Positions 56,323 through 64,000 of a stretch of 64,000 nucleotides of DNA are shown here, piece after piece (positions within the stretch are counted from its first letter, which is position 1; every line of letters starts with the position of its first letter). The translations under genes were made by a program, and so were the position numbers. Source of the DNA: Adineta vaga (Eukaryota > Animalia > Rotifera); assembly GCA_021613535.1 (NCBI GenBank), contig CP075492.1:8133653-8197652 (forward strand). The letters run 5' to 3'. The notes under the pieces are model-generated. The model was not told where the DNA came from. It was given only the letters and a program-made list of their open reading frames with translations, and did not search any database.

Positions 56323-57664
56323 GATGGTAAATCAATTTGACTAGTTGATTGTATACTACTGCTTATGTTATTTCGATCATTTTCATCTTGTTCCATAGGA
56401 ATAATTTGAGGTTGATGAGCTGTACGAAACTAAAAAAAAACGATAAAAAGAAATGAAATTCGATTTCTAGTCGTTTTTTTTTCGTATACCTCATCTGTAT
56501 AAAGAGAAGATTTATTATAATAATGCATCGTATGTTGAGATAATAAACTATTTGCAATCATTTCTCGTCCTCCAACACTAATTCGGCAAGAATCAAGTGC
56601 ACCGAGAAAACGTGGCGCATCATCTTTGATATATTTCAAACAAGTTAACATTGATCTATCCAATCTTTGTAAACCATTATCTGAAAGATTCAATTTTCGG
56701 ATCGTTTCATCAGTAACAGGTTCATATTCACAAATTGTATATCGTTCACCATAAGGTAACGATTGTTGATTATCATAAACTGATTCCTCTTTAATCATTA
56801 TCGTACTCCATTTATCAGAACAACGTTCATCATTTCCAATAAGATAGATTCGTATAAGTGCTAATTTTTTAAGAAGATGACAAATCTTCTCATTTTCTTG
56901 TGTTATAAAAGCTTAGTACTTCATTGGGCATATTGTCAAAGGATTCATCACAACAAATATAATCGAAAAGTGTACAAACTCTTGGTTCAAATTCATCACA
57001 TAATTCTGTAACTAAAAATAAAACATACAACATATGGTAATCGGGATAATACATGTATGTATATGTATATCTTTACCAAATTCAATAAACTCTTGTTGAA
57101 ACAATCGTAGATTTTCATTATCTGCGTATATTGGAATGATTAGTACATCACACGCTTCTACCTATATGTATTGATTGTTGATTTTCATGTTGATCTAAAG
57201 AAAATCTTAATAAATACCTTGTTATTTATAATTAACCATCGTTTCAAATCAATGCCTTTTTGTTCCCAAACCATTGCATCACCTTGATCATTCTTGGCAA
57301 ACAAATCTCGAGATGTTAATTCAGAAGCACGTATAGCATGTAATGTTGTCAATAATGTTATACGACGTCTTGGAAGATGATAGACATTTCGTTGGTTATT
57401 GACTAAATTACTCATTTGATTTGTACAAATAAAAATGATAACAATATTTCTCGAATCTCCTTTTGAATTCAAGAGTATATCGATATTCTGACCAAATAAA
57501 TCAAACATAATGAGGATGAATTTCACATCTTTCGACTGAGTATTGATATATTGTTGAATAGCATTTGTATCAAATAAAATTTTGAAAGGTATAGGTAAGC
57601 ACCATTCACTATTTGTTATACTATCGGAAGTACCACGCACGATTATTTTTAATTCAAACGGCAT
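56323..57664 (-). CDS. Uncharacterised multi-exon gene (at least 4 exons)
   Basis: ATG at 57664 (MPFELKIIVRG...). Exons join with 55-65-nt introns (for example G|gtaaagatatac...ttatttttag; AAT GAA G|gtactaagc...aaaaattag|CACTT), giving a continuous frame through ...ALIRIYLIGNDERCSDKWS...SVGGREMIANSLL.... No domain recognised. Confidence 0.35.
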
Positions 57665-58544
57665 AACATATCAGACTTATAAACAATACAAATTGTTAAA
57701 AAAAACGGCACCCTTTCGATGTAAGATCAGCGTAAATTCTGATCACGACGATTTTTATGAAAAAATACTCTTGTCGGCTTTTGTTTTTTTAGAGAAAGAA
57801 AAAAATATACGACAACGTTACCAATCCTTTTTACAAAGTGTAATAGTAAAAAATCAACCGTTATGCATCTAAACGGACTTATAGTTTTTTGACGAAATTT
57901 TGTAAAACGTGTATTTTATTTTTTCTTATGTTGCCATGAATTTTGAGTTATTATTTTATTAAAACCATTCTATATCTATCATTGCACATGTAGTTTTTTA
58001 TTTCAAAATCGAAAGTTGTTATTTTTCTTACTCTCTCATATGTATTGTTTATATTTAACTGAATTATTCATCATATGAGAGTGGGTTTGATCAGATTGTT
58101 TTTCTTAGCATTTCATATTTAGAAAAATTTGATTAATGTTGTTTTCAAATGAACCTACGTAGGATGATAGAACCTGATCTAACTGAAAATTCGAATTAAA
58201 ATATTATAAGGAGCAAGAATAACTTATTACATATTCAAGTTAGTTTTAACTTTGGGTTCTATACACTACGATTATCAACAATAAACATCATTCCATCATT
58301 AACGACATCTGTTATTCATTTAGAACTGACCAATAAATGAATCATACGATAATTTATTGACGTCAAGAATGATTCATATTCTTTCACGAGACCTCAGGAT
58401 CAATCCTCTCTTCTCGAATGAATCTTAATCATATTTACAAAAGACTCTTCTTTTTCTTCATCTTTTCCTCGATTACTCACTGATTATATATGTATTTAAG
58501 TTTCTATAAGAAGACATCATGGTTTCATTTCTTTTCAGAATAAA

Positions 58545-60587
58545 ATGGCTACAATGAGTGCATTATTTCAAAAATTTCGTCCCAGACCAGAAGCTACAGC
58601 AACTAGTCTTAAACGTGAAACAAATGACTATATACAACGTGCAACTGCTCTTGAAAAAAACCAGCAATACGATGAAGCATCTGTTCTCTATAAACGTGTA
58701 ATATCATTGATCAGTTCACATGAAGGTACATCTGCCGTTGATGAAGAATTAAATGTAATTAAACGCAATGCTAATCAACGATTACTTCAATCATCCTTAC
58801 ATCAAAATCGATCAACAGATTCAAATGGAATTTATCAAAATATGGTCAGACAATTATCCGATCATGTTCCTCAACCAGTCAATGAACAAGATTTAACTGA
58901 AATGGGTGAACAAGTCTTTGAAGATCCATCTGCATTTGAATCCGTAACAAGCGATAATACACAAGAAAGAAGCAATGCAACTGTCCTATTTCAATTAGAT
59001 GAAGGTGCACGACTTTTCTATATTGCTAAAGATGGATCAATTCAAACAACATCTGAATCATTACCATTAACAGTTTTCGAAATGAAGTATGTCATATGAT
59101 AAGAAAAGAAAACAAAATAGATCTGCAATGAATTTATTTATTTTAGTGAAGGAGGTGAAACATGTGGTCTATTAAAATTAGGCAGTTGGATTTATCCATT
59201 ACATCCCAAAGTTTCTCCAGCATTTAAAACAGGATATGATGCCTATATCTTCCCAAATAATACATCCGTTGGTAAGGATATATTGAAATGAAATTTCAAT
59301 TTTTGATTTTCGTCGATTGTTCTAGGTGAATTCGTTGGTCTTATGTTTGATGAATCCATCATACCAGATGTTCGTCATTTTTTCGAAGATGTTCTTTCTA
59401 AACTTTCTGTTTTCATGGCTCAACACGGTACACCAACTGTAAGTGTTTAATTTTGTTTATAATTTCAAGCTACCTTTCTCATTTAGTATGGTGAATCATT
59501 AACTGCTGCTCCAACAACAGGTGCTGTTAAACTAACTGAACAATCTGCATCAAATCAAGTAGAAAAAATCGTTTCTACACCTCGTCAAACAACGGATGCA
59601 TCAAGTAAAAAAGCAGAAATCATTGGAGAAGATGAAGTTGCTGCTGAAGAAGAACTTCCTTATGATACAACAACAGCAACAGGAAAACTTGCTGCAGCTC
59701 TTATTACAGGTACGAATCATACTATTCATATTTTCATAAGAATAACAAAACTCGAATTTAGGAACAAAATTTTTAACAAAACAATTAGCAACTGGTGTTA
59801 TTATGGCTGAAAATTTAATTGAACAAGTATCAAAAAATGTTCATGACAAAATAGTACCTAATGCTGAACCAACAAAAGTTAGTAAGGGTTTACATGTAAC
59901 TGCTCGTGGTTTACGTACAACGTCAGGTGTAGCAGTAAAAGCAAGTAATTATGTTGGTAAGAATTCACAAAAATAAAGTTGATTTATTCATAGTTTTTTT
60001 TCTCTTATGATTTGTTTAGTATCGAAAGTCGGTGCAATGACATTAGGATTAGCACGAACATTTGCTCCAAATCTTGGCAAAGTCGAGAAAAAAGTCAAAC
60101 CAGATGGTACTATAGAAATCGTTAAATTAAGTGGTATTCGAGGTCTTGGCCATGCTGGATTAACAAGTAAGTTCAAATGATTATTTGAATCGTTGTAACT
60201 ATTGGAATTTTGATAATTTGTTTCTTCAAAAAGGTTTTGGTGTAATGTATGAAAGTTGTGAGAATGCTGCAAAACATTTAGCAACAAATATTGCTAATGA
60301 AAGTGTCGGTGTTGTTAAACATAAGTAAGAAAATGATGTTCGAAAGACAAGTAATTATCGAGTATTTTGCAGATATGGTGAAGATGCTTCAATATTAACC
60401 GAAAATGCAGCATATGCACTTGGTAATAGTGCATTAACAGCATATTATGTTGGAGGACTTGGTCCAAAGGCGGTAAGAAGATGACAATGATTTGTATCTG
60501 GATCTGAAATTTTCTTTTCTCTTCTAGATTGCTCGAAAAGTTGTTAAACAAACCGCAAAAGAAACGGCGAAAAACGCATTCACATAA
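58545..60587 (+). CDS. Spartin-like protein: N-terminal MIT domain plus C-terminal senescence domain, ~9 exons
   Basis: Exon 1 has the MIT-like helix YIQRATALEKNQQYDEASVLYKRVISLI. Later exons (59147.., 59330.., 59490.., 59770.., 60020.., 60230.., 60370.., 60530..60587) encode ...GLHVTARGLRTTSGVAVKASNYV / VSKVGAMTLGLART... / YALGNSALTAYYVGGLGPKA / IARKVVKQTAKE..., the senescence-domain pattern. Introns are 50-70 nt, GT..AG. Confidence 0.5.
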
Positions 60588-61144
60588 ACCATGAAAATCT
60601 CGAGAATGATATTTTTGTCTTCCACCTTTTTTCTGTCTATTATTCGCGCATTTTTTAATTTGCTATTATCTGTATTTTTTATTCGATGTAGAACAAAGGG
60701 GTCGTAAATAAATATACATATATAGCTAGAATATACGAACATAAACACTGATATTTTTCGGTTAATATGAACTAGTTGAATGGTATACTATATTAAACTC
60801 AATTTGAAATAAAGATCGAATTCTTTGATATATTTTATATAAGCTATGTGCGCCATCTATCGACATAATGAAATTCATCGGAAAATTCTCGCATGAATGA
60901 TGATTGATTTAGAAAAATAAATTCGAACATTAGTTTATATGAATGAATCTTTTTGAATTTCAAGGAGGAATCAAAAGAGTTCCTAATCGAATTGGAATCA
61001 ATATTAACCATTCAATAAATCAACTGAGTCATCATTATTTCTAAATAAAACAATTCATTCATCTTATTCGCATTTTTTCCTTGATAATTTTCATCTCTGG
61101 ACTACACATCTATCTATCTATCATTCTAGATCTTCGATCAGACA

Positions 61145-61584
61145 ATGACTCGTGTCAAATGTTCAAAATTACGTGGCAAAAAGCCAGGTATGTTTGTCTA
61201 CTCATATGAAAATCTTCATCAATTGTTGTTTCTTCTATTCAATTCGTTTTAGATGAACTTCAAAAACAATTGGTAGAATTACGTCAAGAATTAAACACTC
61301 TTCGTGTTGGTAAAGTCACTGGCAGCGGTGGTGCACAAAAACTTGGCAAAATTCGTAATGTCCGCAAATCAATTGCACGTGTTCTTATTGTTACACATCA
61401 AACAACAAAAGATAATTTACGTGCTTTATATCATGGTAAAAAATACAAGCCAAAAGATTTACGACAACGTAAAACACGAGCTATTCGACGTTTATTATCA
61501 CCCAAGGAAAAGTCTGCTAAATTGAAGAAACTTCAACGACGACAATCGGCTTTTCCAAAACGTACATATGCTGTTAAAGCTTAA
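61145..61584 (+). CDS. RPL35: 60S ribosomal protein L35 (uL29), 2 exons (61145..61187, 61253..61584), 124 aa
   Basis: [14 protein letters not shown]|[47 protein letters not shown]...[37 protein letters not shown] aligns co-linearly with eukaryotic RPL35. The intron runs from G|gtatgtttg to tcgttttag. Confidence 0.85.
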
Positions 61585-61800
61585 ATAAGAAGAGAAAACA
61601 GTTGGCGAGAAAAAAAAAGAAATTCGCAAAAAAAAACATCATTGAGATGATTTTTGTCATCGATTGTTTAAGATCAAGTTTAATAAAAATAAAAAAACAA
61701 ACATATTTTCAAAGATTTATTTTCCATTTCAATTGTCATGATCGAGAAGAACAAATAGATTATTAAATATGAAAGATTGAAGAACAAAAAATAAATAAAT

Positions 61801-61871
61801 GGGCCCGAACGGTGATCGAAACCGGAGCCTCTCGCACCCAAAACGAGAATCATACCGTTAGACATCAAGCC
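61801..61871 (-). tRNA. tRNA-Pro (anticodon UGG), 71 nt
   Basis: The minus-strand sequence GGCTTGATGTCTAACGGTATGATTCTCGTTTTGGGTGCGAGAGGCTCCGGTTTCGATCACCGTTCGGGCCC has an anticodon arm (TCTCG-TTTTGGG-TGCGAGA) nearly identical to metazoan tRNA-Pro-UGG. The T-loop TTCGATC is canonical. The acceptor stem pairs with two G-U pairs. There is one C-U mismatch at the base of the T-stem. A TTTTTT Pol III terminator lies 12 nt downstream. Confidence 0.55.
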
Positions 61872-62242
61872 TTACTGGTTCAGTAAAATGACAAAATTTC
61901 CATTTGACCTTTTTTTTTCATCGGAGAGATCATAAGATAGTTCAACTAGAGCCTATATATAATCACTTTGTTTGTCTACATATATCAACAGCATAATCTT
62001 CTGGTTGAAATTCTTTTTACAATATGTATGTCAGGCCTGATTATCTCACTGTGAAATTATGCTGTAAATAAAAGGATAATAAATAAGTAAGTAGTTTTTT
62101 AATTATTACTATCATTCTATTCTTGAAATTCAATTAAAAAGTTAATCGACTTACGAAATAAATAATAAGATTTGATGTAGGTCGAAAAGGAGAACTATTA
62201 TATATAAATACTTATACTCAAAGATTGTTTCTTTTGAAAAAA

Positions 62243-63531
62243 ATGAACACGACAACAAGCGCGACATCAAGAAATACCACACTATCATGGGCATTGTCTC
62301 TATCAAATCCAGTACTAGTTAATCTATTCTATCAAATTGGTTATTCAGTAATATTTTTACTTGGTTTTCCAGGTAATACTGCTAGTTTTTTAACATTTTC
62401 ACGCGTAACATTACGAAAAGTTTCAACCGGATGTTTATTTGTTGTTTTGGCTGTTTTCGATACTCTGTATTTACTTATGTGTATCTTTGATTATCTCGAA
62501 TTTGGTTTCTCGGTAATAAACTCAGATAATAAAGAGAAATAGAACAACTTCTTTCTTTTATTCTTTTTAGGTTCCCTTTTCCAATCTGGTTTCATATAGT
62601 GAATTCTGTCGGTTTCGATACTTTGTTATGTCTATTTCGCAGTTTGCATCAGCATGGATCCTAGTGCTTGTTTCCGTTGATCGATGGGTCCGAACACGAT
62701 TTCCATTTAAATCAGGCACAATTTGTACACCACGAAAGGCATTAATATCAGTTGGTATACTACTAATTATTGATATCACTTTACATGCTCATTTGCTCAC
62801 CCCTTGGTTCGGAGTGTTTTTTCCTGGACTTTCAATCGCTGCCTGTGGACCAGGCTCTCGTTCCTTTACATACATAACTTTTTACTTCTTCACATGGAAT
62901 ATAATCCAGGTCAGTAGAAACTTGGCTAAAAAGTGAAAGCTCATATAATACGATATAACCGGATTTTCTAATCAGATTAATTTTCAATACTTTTTCTAAT
63001 TTAGATATTTACAACATGTATAGTTCCAGCAACGATCATGTCAGTAATTGTTGTTGATATATCAATTAATATACGGTTTCGTAAGAATGCAGTTGCTCAA
63101 CGTAATCAAACATTGAAATTAGATAAGAATGCTCGACGAAAACTGTTACTTCAAAAACAAATGTTTATATTAATGTTTGGAAGTGTTTGTATATTTCTTA
63201 TAACGACACTTCCTGTTGGAATCTATAAAATTATTTCACCACGAGATGCGAATCTAGCAAAAACGTATATGTCGATAATTACAATCTGGACAGGTTTAGG
63301 ATGGTTTCAAAGTTTATTGTATGGAGTAAGTCAATATATGATGCATTTATTCGTCAATTGGAATAATAATTTTCTATTTAGATTAGTTTTTATGTCCATT
63401 GCTTGAGTTCAAATCTATTTCGAAAAGAATTTCAATTACAAGTGAAACATTTAATGGGCGGAAATCCATCTCGAGTACATACAATTGAATTAACGCAAAG
63501 GGACCGACGTACTATGACTCTGCATACATAA
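62243..63531 (+). CDS. Rhodopsin-like (class A) GPCR, 4 exons (62243..62512, 62571..62909, 63005..63325, 63382..63531)
   Basis: Seven hydrophobic helices. GN in TM1 (GFPGNTASF), D in TM2 (LAVFDTLYL), DRW at the end of TM3 (VSVDRWVRTRF), W in TM4, a basic third intracellular loop, and F...W..P in TM6. The TM7 motif is degenerate. Every exon is a multiple of 3 nt with phase-0 GT/AG junctions. Confidence 0.55.
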
Positions 63532-64000
63532 TGAAAATTTTCGGGTTTTTCAAACCAAATATGTATATTTTAATAACATTTATCAATATTGTATTTGAAA
63601 TTGTATAGTAAATGTTGTTTTAAGTGTAGAAAGAATTCCTTTGTCAACTATTTTATCCATATACGAACATCTTTTAATTGATCCAATTTGCTTCTGCTAA
63701 CCATAACAATTCTGATGCAAAACATCTTCTAAAACTCAATAATTTGATTTAGAACTAAATTTATCAGTAGCTTTTTAGTTACATGCCAATATATATATTC
63801 TGATTCATAAGATCTATCAGTCGACATCAGTTGCTATTTTTGGCAAATTGTTCGACAGTTTTATGTGTTCTACATCTTCCTCGTTCAGACACGAGATATG
63901 AAATCTATAATAATAGAAAATATCTAATTCACCTTTTGAATTATCAAAATAATTAAATTTCTGACACTTGTGACGCGCATGAAATGTAGCAGGTGTACAC

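Noticed and set aside
1-64000. Possibility that the window is bacterial or phage, or contains a CRISPR array or defence island
   Set aside because: The window has pervasive GT..AG introns with polypyrimidine tracts and consistent phases, a eukaryotic cytosolic ribosomal protein gene, a Pol III tRNA with an oligo-T terminator, and an LTR retrotransposon. No direct-repeat/spacer array was seen.

Overview
The window is eukaryotic, not prokaryotic. It has GT..AG spliceosomal introns of about 50-75 nt with polypyrimidine tracts, a eukaryotic ribosomal protein L35 gene, a Pol III-type tRNA gene, and an LTR retrotransposon. It is AT-rich (around 30% GC by eye) with compact metazoan genes. The mix of bacterial/fungal-type genes (OPT transporter, FkbM methyltransferase, PLC-like) with metazoan genes (Hes-like bHLH, spartin-like, PKD1/REJ-like, GPCR) suggests a rotifer-like, possibly bdelloid, genome, but that is inference only. 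The two main items are as follows. (1) A roughly 22.5 kb minus-strand gene (13.8-36.3 kb) encodes a secreted polycystin-1/REJ-like receptor-channel. Its N-terminus is built from four tandem NHL beta-propeller cassette exons (885-894 nt each, all phase 1-1), short Ser/Thr linker exons and a 156-bp-period mucin-like tandem repeat exon. These are followed by REJ, GPS, PLAT, polycystin and 6TM channel domains. (2) An intact 8.1 kb Ty3/gypsy-type LTR retrotransposon is inserted antisense in an intron of that gene. It has identical-looking 178-bp TG..CA LTRs, a 5-bp CATAT target-site duplication, a tRNA-His primer-binding site, a polypurine tract, gag with two CCHC knuckles, and pol reached by -1 frameshifting at a UUUUUUC heptamer. 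It also carries an extra 3' ORF3 encoding a DEDDy-type 3'-5' exonuclease with a highly basic tail, preceded by an unusual GC-rich island rich in CCGGAA motifs. Other genes are a tandem triplet of an unrecognised Cys-rich two-TM protein family, an FkbM methyltransferase with an added TM/Thr-stalk, a small C2-domain protein, an intronless OPT oligopeptide transporter, a PLAC8 gene, a PI-PLC-X-like gene, a Hes-like bHLH-Orange gene, a spartin-like gene, RPL35, a tRNA-Pro(UGG) and a rhodopsin-like GPCR. All coordinates were derived by eye and may be off by a few nt.
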